This document shows, in pieces, positions 28,415-39,048 of a DNA stretch of 64,000 nucleotides; position 1 is the first letter of the stretch; every line of letters starts with the position of its first letter. The notes beneath the pieces are model-generated. The model made no database searches. It saw only the letters and a program-made list of their open reading frames with translations, and was not told the origin of the DNA. The DNA comes from Promethearchaeota archaeon (lineage in GTDB: Archaea; Asgardarchaeota; Lokiarchaeia; Sigyniarchaeales; SOKP01), in the NCBI GenBank assembly GCA_019058365.1, contig JAHPZE010000011.1, positions 60,921 to 124,920 on the forward strand, written 5' to 3'. The translations under genes were made by a program, and so were the position numbers.

Positions 28415-29650
28415 TCAATCTGGAGTTTTCTTTATATTTGTATCTATATTTTTTGTATAAATATATAAAAGCGTTATGACTATTATAAAAATTATTGATA
28501 CTAATAGTATCGCAAAAAAGACTCCAGTAATACCAAAAACATTTGAGAATGGTGCAAGTGTTGTCGGAACTAAAGCAATCCCTGTAAAATACGCTGCTGT
28601 CAATGATCCTGCTAAAACACCACGTCTCTCAAACGATATTACTTGACTATAATAAGTTATTGAAGTGAAAAGTATTCCTCCTGATAAACTTGCAAGAATC
28701 CAACCTAATGATAAAAGTATAAAACTATTTTGAATGGTCACATCTCCAACGACTAATAAGATCGCTAAAGAACAAACCAATATTAATGAACCTGCAAATA
28801 ATGGAATTTTTGTATCTCTTCTTTTAATCAAAAACCCAGTTAAAATTCCAGTTATAGCCGCTCCAATACCCGCAATACCCAGAATTAAACCGATTAATGT
28901 TTCATTTACAACATGAACTTGCGTTAATGTCTTCGAAATCCAAATATTTAAAGCTATATAGGTATGTGATATTAAGAATGCAGATAATATCATCAATATC
29001 ACTGGAAATCGACGCCATTCTTTTGAAAGTTGAGATAATAAGATACGAATCCCTGATTCTTCTTTGATAATTTTTGGAAAATTTTTAGTAAAGATGAAAT
29101 ACACTAAGCAAAAAGAAGTAATTATTATAAATAACAAATAGATCGACTGCCAACCTATTAAAATCATTTGAGATGCAATTAATGGTCCTATACCAACTCC
29201 TAAATTCGCGCTTGCACTAAGATATCCCATTTTTTTAGGGATAAGTGGTGGAGGTGTAATATCCGTCATTAAAGCTATGAGGACAGGATTTATAAAGCCA
29301 AATCCTATTCCTCCAATTATATTAGCAATTACGTACATCTCCAGATTAAATGATATTGCAGCTAGTATCATTGCTATTAAAAATAAAATTAACCCAAAAA
29401 TTAATACTGGAGTTCTACCTTTAATATCTGAAATTGCACCGGAAAGAAGTTGTATTACTGCAAATGGAAACATAAAAGCAGGAATTGCAATTAATATATT
29501 ATCGGGTGTAACATTGAAATCAGCAGAAAGAACACCAAATAAGACATTGATAATGTTCCCAGTTAAAGGTCCTAACAGAAAAAGTAAAAATATTACAAAT
29601 TCAATTGATTTTGAAAATCTTGCAGTACGTACCTGTGAATTTTGATGCAT
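28415..29650 (-). CDS. MFS transporter
   Basis: About 12 TM helices; motif A GAISDIKGRT. Confidence 0.9.
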   Translation of the reverse strand: MHQNSQVRTARFSKSIEFVIFLLFLLGPLTGNIINVLFGVLSADFNVTPDNILIAIPAFMFPFAVIQLLSGAISDIKGRTPVLIFGLILFLIAMILAAISFNLEMYVIANIIGGIGFGFINPVLIALMTDITPPPLIPKKMGYLSASANLGVGIGPLIASQMILIGWQSIYLLFIIITSFCLVYFIFTKNFPKIIKEESGIRILLSQLSKEWRRFPVILMILSAFLISHTYIALNIWISKTLTQVHVVNETLIGLILGIAGIGAAITGILTGFLIKRRDTKIPLFAGSLILVCSLAILLVVGDVTIQNSFILLSLGWILASLSGGILFTSITYYSQVISFERRGVLAGSLTAAYFTGIALVPTTLAPFSNVFGITGVFFAILLVSIIFIIVITLLYIYTKNIDTNIKKTPD

Positions 29651-29965
29651 GTTTCTACTATTGATATTTTTTATTTAAAGTATTGGGTTTTATATTAAAA
29701 AAAGCTTATAAGATATTATTAGAAAATCAGAAAAGAGGTTTTAAATTTAGTTATTAAATAACTTAAGCATGTTAGTAATAAAACAACCTTTATTGGGAGC
29801 TTTAATTAAAAAAACTCGAAAAACGTTCATTGAATATGCTGATTACTTAGCTATTGACTTGGATTTTCAAAATTTTCTTAAAAAAGTAATTAATTAAAAA
29901 GGATTTTTACAGTAATAAATTAAACAAAAAGAAAATAAAATCTTAAAAAATAATTTACAGAAAAG

Positions 29966-31483
29966 ATGACTTCTATACAAATATTTGATGGGAGTGACAC
30001 AATAGGAGGAAATAAAATCTATATAGAGGAAAATGGTAAAGGTATTTTTCTCGATTTTGGATTAAATTTCAAGAAACACGGAAAATTTTTCCAAGAATTT
30101 CTCAATTGGAGACGGTCTAGGGGTATCTTTGATCTTTTGCAATTGAATTTACTCCCTAAACTTAATATTTACCGAAAAGATATAATTCCTTCAGATTATG
30201 ATATCTCATCATTTCCTAATTTGAATATAAATGCAATATTACTCAGTCATGCCCACTTAGACCATTTTGGCAATATTGGTTTACTTAGACCTGATTTTCC
30301 AATAGTTGCATCTCCAATCACCCTAACATTAATTAAAGGGATTATAGATTGCTCTACTGCAGCTCTAGGATCTGATGCTGCCTATTTTTCTCCTAGAATC
30401 GCTATGGAAGATAATAGAGTCTTTAAAGCGGATAATTATACAGATATTGGACGAAATTTGATATGTACAGATAGCTTTCCAGATTCACTACGTAAATATT
30501 TAACGTCAACCGTTAAACAAAGAAAAAAATTTGAGGTGGGGACAATATCTCATATAAATGATTTTCCCCTTGATATTGAAGTGAAAGCTTTTGAAGTCGA
30601 TCATTCCATCCTTGGAGCCACAGCCTACCTTCTTTCTGGAGAAAATACTATCGCCTATACTGGAGATTTTCGTTTACATGGGAAAAGAGGATGGAAAAGC
30701 AAAGAGTTTATTAAAAAAGCTAAGAATGCTTCTGTACTGATAATTGAAGGAACGAGAGCTACAAGTGAAGAAAGGATTGAATCAGAAGAACTCGTCTATG
30801 AAAATTGTCTAAAGATAGCTGAAAATGCATCGGGATTAATCATAGCTGATTTTTCAGCCCGAAATTTTGAAAGACTAGATATATTCAAGAAAATTGCTTC
30901 GAATATTGGAAGGAAACTAATTATTACATCCAAAGATGCATTTTTACTTAATGCTATTGAAAAGGCTGAGGGCGTGGATAGATTAAGGGATCTTTTAATT
31001 TATGGAGAATTAAAAATAACCCAACCCAACTGGGAAAAATATCTCAATGAAAAGAGAGATCTGGACTACGTAGATCCTACAAAAATATCAAAAAATCAAG
31101 AAAATTATTTACTATGTTTTTCTTTCTTTGACATGAAAAACTTGTTAGATATTAAACCTAACCAAGGAACCTATATATATTCTTCAAGTGAAGCATTTGA
31201 AGAGGAATCAGAATTTGATTTTGTTAGATTAAATAATTGGTTAAAATACCTAGGATTTGATATTCATGGATTTGAAGTGATTGAAGAAGGTAACAGATTA
31301 AAACCAAAATTTAGTGAGGGGTATCATGCTTCTGGACATGCTTCAAAATCCGATTTAATCAATACTGTCGAAAATATCGATCCTGATGTCATAGTTCCGG
31401 TTCACACCGAGAATCCAGCATGGTTTAGTGAAAATTTTGATAATGTGGTTATTTTAAAAGAAAATAAGAAGTATACAATATAA
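29966..31483 (+). CDS. Beta-CASP/RNase J-type metallo-beta-lactamase-fold nuclease
   Basis: IGGN, DFG, SHAHLDH, DHS, YTGDFR, IEGT, HASGH, PVHTE. Confidence 0.85.
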   Translation: MTSIQIFDGSDTIGGNKIYIEENGKGIFLDFGLNFKKHGKFFQEFLNWRRSRGIFDLLQLNLLPKLNIYRKDIIPSDYDISSFPNLNINAILLSHAHLDHFGNIGLLRPDFPIVASPITLTLIKGIIDCSTAALGSDAAYFSPRIAMEDNRVFKADNYTDIGRNLICTDSFPDSLRKYLTSTVKQRKKFEVGTISHINDFPLDIEVKAFEVDHSILGATAYLLSGENTIAYTGDFRLHGKRGWKSKEFIKKAKNASVLIIEGTRATSEERIESEELVYENCLKIAENASGLIIADFSARNFERLDIFKKIASNIGRKLIITSKDAFLLNAIEKAEGVDRLRDLLIYGELKITQPNWEKYLNEKRDLDYVDPTKISKNQENYLLCFSFFDMKNLLDIKPNQGTYIYSSSEAFEEESEFDFVRLNNWLKYLGFDIHGFEVIEEGNRLKPKFSEGYHASGHASKSDLINTVENIDPDVIVPVHTENPAWFSENFDNVVILKENKKYTI

Positions 31484-31744
31484 TTAGGATACTACTCATA
31501 AAAAAAGTAGGTTAAATTATTTGTTTTCCTTTCTCATTAAGTTTTTCTCTTCCAAGGCTGATATTTCAAAGTAATTTTACTTGAAACTAAAAATCTTGTT
31601 TTAAAATAGAATTAAAAAAAAGGGAATCTGTAAGATGCAAAATAAAAAAAGAAGTCTAAACACTCATTTATATGTATTTCATATCTTCCAAAATTCCGTA
31701 AATTTAAACCTTTTTCTCTTTTTTGTTATTAATATTCTACCTTA

Positions 31745-31999
31745 TTAATAAGAAGATTTTCGGCCATGAGAACTCGTTCGAGGTCCTTTTTCAATTATTG
31801 TGACATTGCTAGCTTGTGGGCCCTTTTGACCCTCTGTAGTTTCATATTCTACTATATCCCCTTCATAGATTATCTTAAATTCACCAGATCCTCCTTGTAT
31901 GGCAGAATAATGGACAAATATATCAGGAGATCCATCATCCGGGGTTATAAATCCATAGCCTTTTTTTTTGTTAAACCACTTTACAGTTCCTTTTCCCAT
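31745..31999 (-). CDS. Cold-shock domain protein
   Basis: GTVKWFN, RNP1 KGYGFI, RNP2 IFVHYS, KGPQA. Confidence 0.95.
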   Translation of the reverse strand: MGKGTVKWFNKKKGYGFITPDDGSPDIFVHYSAIQGGSGEFKIIYEGDIVEYETTEGQKGPQASNVTIIEKGPRTSSHGRKSSY

Positions 32000-32162
32000 T
32001 GATACAACCTGAATAGAGTTGTGATATTTGGTTAAAATTGTACCAATTAAGTTTTTTAAGAATTCTGTTGATATAAGTTTAACCTAAAATTTTTAGAGAC
32101 TATGCTTTCTATCAAATTAAAAAGTCTCAAGATAGAGAAATAATGATTGATCTACAATATTT

Positions 32163-32713
32163 ATAATAAACTCAAATAATCAAAATACCATTGAAGAAGA
32201 ATTACCTCGACGAGGTTCCTCTCTTTATAATCTTAATCATCCTGACAGCAAAATAAGGCAAAATACTTTAAAAAAGTTTAAGAGGATAAATAAATACTTG
32301 GTAATCCCTCTATATAAGTTAAGATTGTTACCATTATTAGGTTTTGGAAGGATTTTTCTAATCTTAACTACAAAAGGAAGAATAACAGGAAAAAAAGAAA
32401 AACGCCATTAGAATATCATTGGTTTGATGGCGTGATCACAATTTTTTCTGGTAGAGGCGAAGATGCTGGTTGGTTAAAAAACATACGAACTAATCCAGAG
32501 TTTGTATGGGTAAGATATGGTTTTCATTCTTTCCAACCACTTGTCAAATTTGTAATAGATGATATAGACAAATTAGACATTATTAAGTGGTATGTTACTA
32601 ATCATAAAAGGTCAGCAAAATTTTTATTTGGCTGGAATCCAAAAACAGACGACCCAGAAGTTACAAATTTTTCTAAAATGTTAAATACAATAACAATAAT
32701 ACAACTTTTATAA
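32163..32713 (+). pseudogene. Deazaflavin (F420)-dependent nitroreductase-family gene split by a -1 frameshift
   Basis: 5' frame ...ILTTKGRITGKK joins (R)KTPLEYHW...AGWLKNIRTNP across the A7 run at 32390-32396. No ATG at the 5' end (ATA only). Confidence 0.75.
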
Positions 32714-32989
32714 TCTGATTATTTTAAAATTAATCCCATCTAAAATACGCATCAGTTTTTACAGAATATTGATTTAATGCGAAAGCGGGTTGAATTGAAG
32801 CAATAAAAGTTAAAAACCCTAAAAATAACGCTACATTTAACTTTATATTTTTCATTTATTCAAATATCCCCAGTAGATTGTTATGAATATGAATTGATAA
32901 TCCAATTATTTATATTTACTTATTTATAAGAAAGTATTTGAATAAAGCACAATTTTACGTTTTACATTGGCAAGGAAAGGGATAGTATT

Positions 32990-34270
32990 TTGCAAACACC
33001 GAATAAGGCTCTTCAAAACCAAAATCAAACTTCTGTAAACTATAGAGCATGGCCATTATTTTTACTTGGCTTTATAAGGTTATTTTATGTTTCTATTTTT
33101 GAAAGAGCCTTATATAATTATCTATATTATGATATGGGTATTAGAGCGAGTATGTTAGGTTTTATTTCATCAGCGGGCTCTATAACTTATATTTTTGCGC
33201 CAATTTTAGGACAATTGCTTACTAAAAAGCTTTTAGGAATAAGAAATGCTCTTATTTTAACTTCCATCTTGACACCTTTATTAACAGGTCTTCAAATCAT
33301 CTATCCCGAGATTTGGTCCTTAATAATCTGTCGGATTTTATTGGGATTGACATTAGGATTGTATTGGCCAAACTGTTTAAATCTTTTAAGCCGATGGGGA
33401 AAAGTAAGCAGTTCTAAAAAATCAAAAAAAAATTTTGGATTTTTTAATCTTTCTTGGAATGCGGGTTTTATTATTGGACTTATTGTAGGTTTTCTTTGGG
33501 CATTTTCTTGGAGTGATTTTTTTGCTATGATTATTTCCTGGTCTTTATCATTTCTACTAATCCCTGTAAGTTTTTTTATAAAAAAGAGGGAAACATCCTT
33601 TATCTCACAAGGAATTGTGATTTATCAATCAGAAGATCCCCTTTCTCACTTAGATATTAAGGAGGATTTAGTGGTTAATTCAAAAACACCTATGATTGTA
33701 TATCCTGTGCTTTTTTCATGGTTCAGTATAATGTTTTTGGCGATCTCAAAATCAATATTTATTTTTGGTTATCCTATTTTAGTAAAAGCCCTCTTATCTG
33801 AGGAATTTTCTTATCTCACCTATCTTGTGCAATGCGGGTTACAATTCATGCAACTTCTTGGATTAACTTGGATAAATTCAATGAAAATTTATAGTAGAAA
33901 AATAGCAACATTAATAAGTATTATTTTTGTTGGCATAATTGCATTCACAATTGTTCTTCTTGGAAATATTTGGTATATTTCAATAATAACTGTTATTGTA
34001 GGTCTATTCTTAGGGCTAATCCATGGGGTTGGTTTAAAGATCATGTTAGAATATGGAACCGCTGAAAACACATCAAAATATGCGACTATAAATGAGGTAA
34101 TAATTGGATTGGGTTTTGGATTAACTCCAATAATTACTGGATACATCATTGAAGTATCTTTATTCGGTATACATTGGTTTTTAACATTCCTCGGACTAGT
34201 TATTTTATTATTTCTAATATTTCTTTCTCGAAATATTAAACGAGGAGAAAATAATTTTGAGAGTTCATAG
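32990..34270 (+). CDS. MFS transporter
   Basis: About 12 hydrophobic segments; CRILLGLTLG motif. Confidence 0.85.
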   Translation: MQTPNKALQNQNQTSVNYRAWPLFLLGFIRLFYVSIFERALYNYLYYDMGIRASMLGFISSAGSITYIFAPILGQLLTKKLLGIRNALILTSILTPLLTGLQIIYPEIWSLIICRILLGLTLGLYWPNCLNLLSRWGKVSSSKKSKKNFGFFNLSWNAGFIIGLIVGFLWAFSWSDFFAMIISWSLSFLLIPVSFFIKKRETSFISQGIVIYQSEDPLSHLDIKEDLVVNSKTPMIVYPVLFSWFSIMFLAISKSIFIFGYPILVKALLSEEFSYLTYLVQCGLQFMQLLGLTWINSMKIYSRKIATLISIIFVGIIAFTIVLLGNIWYISIITVIVGLFLGLIHGVGLKIMLEYGTAENTSKYATINEVIIGLGFGLTPIITGYIIEVSLFGIHWFLTFLGLVILLFLIFLSRNIKRGENNFESS

Positions 34271-34423
34271 TTTTTCATCATTTTGATTATAAATGATATT
34301 ATCATATAGAAGGCTTCGAAATGAAATTTGGAACCGCAATATCAATGAAAGATTCAGTCAAGGTATTAGAAAAAAGCTTGTACATAAAAAAGTATTATTA
34401 AAAATTCTTTTTTAAAATAATTT

Positions 34424-36496
34424 TTATTTTTTAAAATAATTTTCTATGATTTTAACCCAAGGATGATTTTCAATATAATGCCTTTCGGTACGTATATATT
34501 CATCGCTTTGTATGTTTTTAATACATTCTTGAATCTGTGGCATTGAATTCAATTTCCTATTAATTATATATTGAGATACTTGGTTAATTAAATCAGTATT
34601 TAAACCATCTGATTGAAACTTTTCGGAAAATACTGATTCAATGATCAAGATATTTATTAAATCTTCTAAAAATTTAATATAATCTTTGTTATCATCTCTT
34701 AAAGCCTCATTTCCGTTCATTTGATTCATTATATATGCCAAAATATTGAAAGGCTCATAATCTTCGAAAAATCTAAGTGGTAATCGATTGATGTTATTGA
34801 TAGAGATTTCTATAGTCAAATGAGCACCCAAATTAAAAACAAAGTCATAGTAGAAATTCATTAGTTTCGAATTCATTAGTAGAAGTAGATATTTTATACT
34901 GAAATTATTCTCTGCATTATCTCTTGGAATAATCGCGATACACGTGCTTAAAGGATAATAATTCTTATTGTCATATGCTACAGTGAGATTTGAACTAATT
35001 GTTTGCATAATCAATTTTTCAGGCTTTTGAAATATAGATTCATCTCTCGCCCTATGAAGAGCTTTTATATCATAGAATACATATAATTCATCGGAGTCTA
35101 TGTAAAATCGCCCTATATTTTTCCCTCTCAAAGTTTTTTTATATGTAATATTTTTTTTATGATCTGCTAAGAATTTCTCATCATCTCCAGTAGCTATACA
35201 AGTTTTAGCTTCAAAATACTTGATTAAATCACAGTTTTTTGTCCCTTTTAAATAATTAATAATTTCAAGTTCATTATATTGGAGTTCTAAATTGAAATTA
35301 TAATTTTCTTGCTCCAAATATGTTTTTTGTGCAATTTGATTTAATATTAGCTCATCTTCTTCAAATCTGCATTTATTTTGATTATAGAATTTAGATTTTA
35401 TCAATATTATATGATCTTCTGAAGGTGGTTTTGTTGCCATGACTATAATAATTGTCTCAGCTGTTATAGATTGAAAAGCTCCAGCACCCACATCAATGAT
35501 TTCCTCAATTTTAGTGTATTCTAATAGGTATTTTCTTAATAAATCATAATTATTTGACCGAATAATATTTTTGTGAACGATACAACTTATTCTTGAAGAT
35601 GAATGACATAATTTTATAGATCGTTCGATAAAAATTCCAAAAACATTCATTAATCCTTTAGATGTTTTATATCTATTTTGATAAATTGCCTTCTCGAGAG
35701 GACTCAACTGCTTGTTAGAGATATATGGTGGATTTTCAATGATTATGTCAAAACCCCCTTTTTCCATAATTTCTGGAAATTCATAAAACCAATGAAATGG
35801 CTTTAATTTGAATACCATTGCTTTCTTTTGTTTTTCTGTTAATTCAATTTTCTTTAAATCCTTGTGAGTTTCAAATACAATTTTAATTTCCTCATAAAAA
35901 CAAGAATTTAAATCTGTACAAACGGGATTATTCATTTCCGATTGTCTTATAAAACCAACTATTGCGTTACCTACCTTAAAATGGGAATCAATATCTGGTA
36001 AAGCCTTAAAGTCTTTTGAATTAGTGACTAAATCTTTTAGTGTTGATAACAATCTCCTTTTCGTAACAACAATTGCTTCAATTTCAATATCAACACCAAA
36101 CAAATTGTTTGATATAATGTATTCTCTGATTTTATACTTAGACCAGTTTATTATTCCTAAGCTTTTCAAGTTTAGATAATAGCCTTCTAAAACCTGTAAT
36201 GCAGCAATTATAAAGTGCCCACTGCCTACAGCAGGATCTATGACTTTTAGAGAAATAATTATTTCAAAAATATATTCAAGTCGTTCTCTATCACTTCTAG
36301 TAATAGAAAGGTCTACAAACTTTTGCCTTGTTTTATTCTTTTTATAATCTTTTTCAAATAATTCATTCAATTTCGATAGTTCAGTTAAGAACTTATTATT
36401 TATTTTTTCAAGCAAAAATCTTTCGATTGTAGTTTTAGCGATATAATTTGCTATAATTTCAGGTGTATATACTGTTCCTTCCTTCTGGTTGTTCAT
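34424..36496 (-). CDS. Adenine-specific DNA methyltransferase (gamma class, Eco57I/TaqI-like), orphan
   Basis: YTP, DPAVGSGHF (motif I), ENPPY (motif IV), C-terminal LLLMNSKLMNFYY target-recognition region. Confidence 0.88.
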   Translation of the reverse strand: MNNQKEGTVYTPEIIANYIAKTTIERFLLEKINNKFLTELSKLNELFEKDYKKNKTRQKFVDLSITRSDRERLEYIFEIIISLKVIDPAVGSGHFIIAALQVLEGYYLNLKSLGIINWSKYKIREYIISNNLFGVDIEIEAIVVTKRRLLSTLKDLVTNSKDFKALPDIDSHFKVGNAIVGFIRQSEMNNPVCTDLNSCFYEEIKIVFETHKDLKKIELTEKQKKAMVFKLKPFHWFYEFPEIMEKGGFDIIIENPPYISNKQLSPLEKAIYQNRYKTSKGLMNVFGIFIERSIKLCHSSSRISCIVHKNIIRSNNYDLLRKYLLEYTKIEEIIDVGAGAFQSITAETIIIVMATKPPSEDHIILIKSKFYNQNKCRFEEDELILNQIAQKTYLEQENYNFNLELQYNELEIINYLKGTKNCDLIKYFEAKTCIATGDDEKFLADHKKNITYKKTLRGKNIGRFYIDSDELYVFYDIKALHRARDESIFQKPEKLIMQTISSNLTVAYDNKNYYPLSTCIAIIPRDNAENNFSIKYLLLLMNSKLMNFYYDFVFNLGAHLTIEISINNINRLPLRFFEDYEPFNILAYIMNQMNGNEALRDDNKDYIKFLEDLINILIIESVFSEKFQSDGLNTDLINQVSQYIINRKLNSMPQIQECIKNIQSDEYIRTERHYIENHPWVKIIENYFKK

Positions 36497-36618
36497 TTTC
36501 TTCTCGAATAAAAACTTACATAAATAGCAAATATAAATATTTTTTTTCTAATTTTAATAAATATATTAAGTTAAATATGGGTTTTACCTAAACACTTTAA
36601 ATTCTTAATTCTGTAAAA

Positions 36619-36837
36619 ATGGAAGGAATAGATAAATTAGATAAAAGAATTAGAAATATTTCCTTAATTATACTTTTTATAGCAATTACACTGCTAATTA
36701 TTTGGATTATAAATTATGTAAATTCACCAGAAAATGCTTCTCCACTTTTAATGTCTATTGGAATAGCATTACTCCTTGCGGGAATCCTATTATGTACTAA
36801 GATACAATATGTTATTTGGATGAAAAAACGGTTTTAA
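36619..36837 (+). CDS. Small two-TM membrane protein
   Basis: Two hydrophobic stretches in 72 aa. Confidence 0.6.
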   Translation: MEGIDKLDKRIRNISLIILFIAITLLIIWIINYVNSPENASPLLMSIGIALLLAGILLCTKIQYVIWMKKRF

Positions 36838-36874
36838 AGAAGTTTTAATGGTTTGAAAAAGATATCTACTATGC

Positions 36875-37516
36875 TTATGAATTTAAAATCGTTATTATTA
36901 GTGGTAGGATTAAAAAAATTAAAATTACAAACCAAAACCAAATCGGTCCAAACATTCTGGTGTTCTTTTTATATTCTAAATACTCCACCTTAAAACGAAC
37001 TCCAACATCATATACTTCTTCCAATTTTGCCTGAATAAAATTAGCTAGTAGAATTAAAGGAAATACTAGTAATCCGTCTATGTTTATTGCTCTTAAACCT
37101 AATCCTAGAGAAATTATAATAATTCCAAAATAAATTGGATGTCTACAAAAAGAATAAACGCCTTTAGTTAATAAACTTCCAGCAGTATCTTGTGCTCCAA
37201 CAGCTTTACGCTTATATATAGTTAGTAATAGTATTAAAACACCAAAAATCATTAATATTAAACCTAAAATATCGAACCAACTAAGATTTAAAGCATTATT
37301 AAGAAGTGGAGGTCTTGTTATTACAGTCTTATCAGAAGGGAGAATCATAGGTATATAACAAAATGCATTAAATAATATAACTGAAATCAGATTTATAGTT
37401 GTGTTTTCTAAAATCGCTGAATACCTCTCTCGATTTGTAAGAAAATAAGCAAATATTGGTATAATAATAAATAAACATCCAACCAAAATCAACCTAACTA
37501 ACCATAAAATCGACAT
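36875..37516 (-). CDS. ICMT/PEMT-family membrane methyltransferase
   Basis: LLTKGVYSFCRHPIY, EE...EYLEYKK. Confidence 0.85.
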   Translation of the reverse strand: MSILWLVRLILVGCLFIIIPIFAYFLTNRERYSAILENTTINLISVILFNAFCYIPMILPSDKTVITRPPLLNNALNLSWFDILGLILMIFGVLILLLTIYKRKAVGAQDTAGSLLTKGVYSFCRHPIYFGIIIISLGLGLRAINIDGLLVFPLILLANFIQAKLEEVYDVGVRFKVEYLEYKKNTRMFGPIWFWFVILIFLILPLIITILNS

Positions 37517-37548
37517 ATTATCAACTTTAATATATTTATATTATTAAT

Positions 37549-38166
37549 CTAATCTTTTTTTCTTGAAATTCTAAAAGGTAAATATCTCCCCACTTTATTC
37601 AAGTAGTTTTTAAAATCTTCACCAAATGCTTGAAGCAAAAATCTCTCTTCATCAATAGCTTTTGAATTAAATGTTAGAATATTAAAAATACATATTAATA
37701 ATGCAATCACCGTTGGAATAATTAGAAAAGAGCCAATCACGAGCAAAAATATACCAAAAACTATAGGATTTCTCATTATTCTATAAATTCCCGAAGTGAT
37801 AAGCTCAGTATCATCTGTAGGGAGTTCAATCCTAAAGTTTATACCAAGTGCTATAATTCCAAAGATTTCAAATAGAAATCCTAATGAAATCATAATCATA
37901 CCAATTATAATTGAAATGTCATATGATAAGAAATTCATTAGCCATAGATTCTCTATTATACGATTGAGAAATATATATAAAATTATAAGACCTAACCACA
38001 AAAAGATAGAAACTGAACTTAACCTTGTTAATAATAATGACCCCTCATGAGTACCATGAGGATTTTTTCCACTTTTTTTAACCAAAATGATAGGCCAAAA
38101 AAATCCAGCTAAAAATAAAATTATACAAATAATAAAAAAAGATTTTATAAATATTGTTTCTATTAT
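37549..38166 (-). CDS. ICMT/PEMT-family membrane methyltransferase (probable ATA start)
   Basis: LITSGIYRIMRNP, EERFL...Y...V.RY. Frame is open 27 codons upstream of the track start, adding a TM helix; GGTGA lies 6 nt before ATA. Confidence 0.8.
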   Translation of the reverse strand: MIETIFIKSFFIICIILFLAGFFWPIILVKKSGKNPHGTHEGSLLLTRLSSVSIFLWLGLIILYIFLNRIIENLWLMNFLSYDISIIIGMIMISLGFLFEIFGIIALGINFRIELPTDDTELITSGIYRIMRNPIVFGIFLLVIGSFLIIPTVIALLICIFNILTFNSKAIDEERFLLQAFGEDFKNYLNKVGRYLPFRISRKKD

Positions 38167-38210
38167 TTTAATTCACCAATTTTAATCAAATTGTTTGTAT
38201 TGTGTATATT

Positions 38211-38771
38211 CTAAAAAAATATAAAATATCGTGGAACTTTTTTTTTGTATTCTAAATATGAATCGCCATATTGTTCATAAAGTCGTTTTTCTTCTCCTAA
38301 AATTCGAAAGTGCCCTGATATTATCGATAAACTAAGAATAATTAATGCAATCCAAGACCCAATTGCTAAACTATTTCCTAGTGATGTTAAATACATCATT
38401 AATAATTGTGGATTGCGAGATATTTTATATAATCCAATAGTTATTGGTTTATTCAGCGGTGATTTTTTAAAATTATTTAGTGCTACAAGAAATCCTATAG
38501 TTCCAATAATTATTAGAACAATTCCAATAATAAACTCTATAGAACCAATATTCAATGGAGTAAAAAGAAATAATATAAGAACAATTAAACCAAATATTTT
38601 CGCGACTTTTGTAAATATTTTCTGCAATTTGTTCCATCCTTTTTCATCATAAAGCCGTGAAATTACATCTTTTGAACAAGTTAATAAAAAGATTCCAAAT
38701 GAAATAAAGAATATTACTTGAAAAATCCATCCATTAAGCCATCCTATTGATAAGGCAGGGAATAATTCCAT
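38211..38771 (-). CDS. ICMT/PEMT-family membrane methyltransferase
   Basis: GLYKISRNPQ, EEKRL..YG..YLEYKKKVPRY. Confidence 0.85.
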   Translation of the reverse strand: MELFPALSIGWLNGWIFQVIFFISFGIFLLTCSKDVISRLYDEKGWNKLQKIFTKVAKIFGLIVLILFLFTPLNIGSIEFIIGIVLIIIGTIGFLVALNNFKKSPLNKPITIGLYKISRNPQLLMMYLTSLGNSLAIGSWIALIILSLSIISGHFRILGEEKRLYEQYGDSYLEYKKKVPRYFIFF

Positions 38772-39048
38772 TCTAGTTTACTTCAATATTCTTATTAAAT
38801 TTATTAGTCTTCATTATATTTAAACTTTTTAGTCATCCCTAATTTGCTTAGAATTATTTATCATCAAATGAGTGTTAAAGGAGAATCTAGTTATTTACTA
38901 AACCAAAATATTTGAATTAATAACTTTTCTATTCTTAATTCCATATTTTCTTTCATTTTAATTCTAAATGATTTAAATTAAAGATAAAGGATTCGAATAT
39001 TATATGAAATAATAGAAAAAATTGATATTAATATTAATTTTTATACTT

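Noticed and set aside
29769-29897. 42-aa ORF upstream of the beta-CASP gene
   Set aside because: No recognisable features; cannot be supported.
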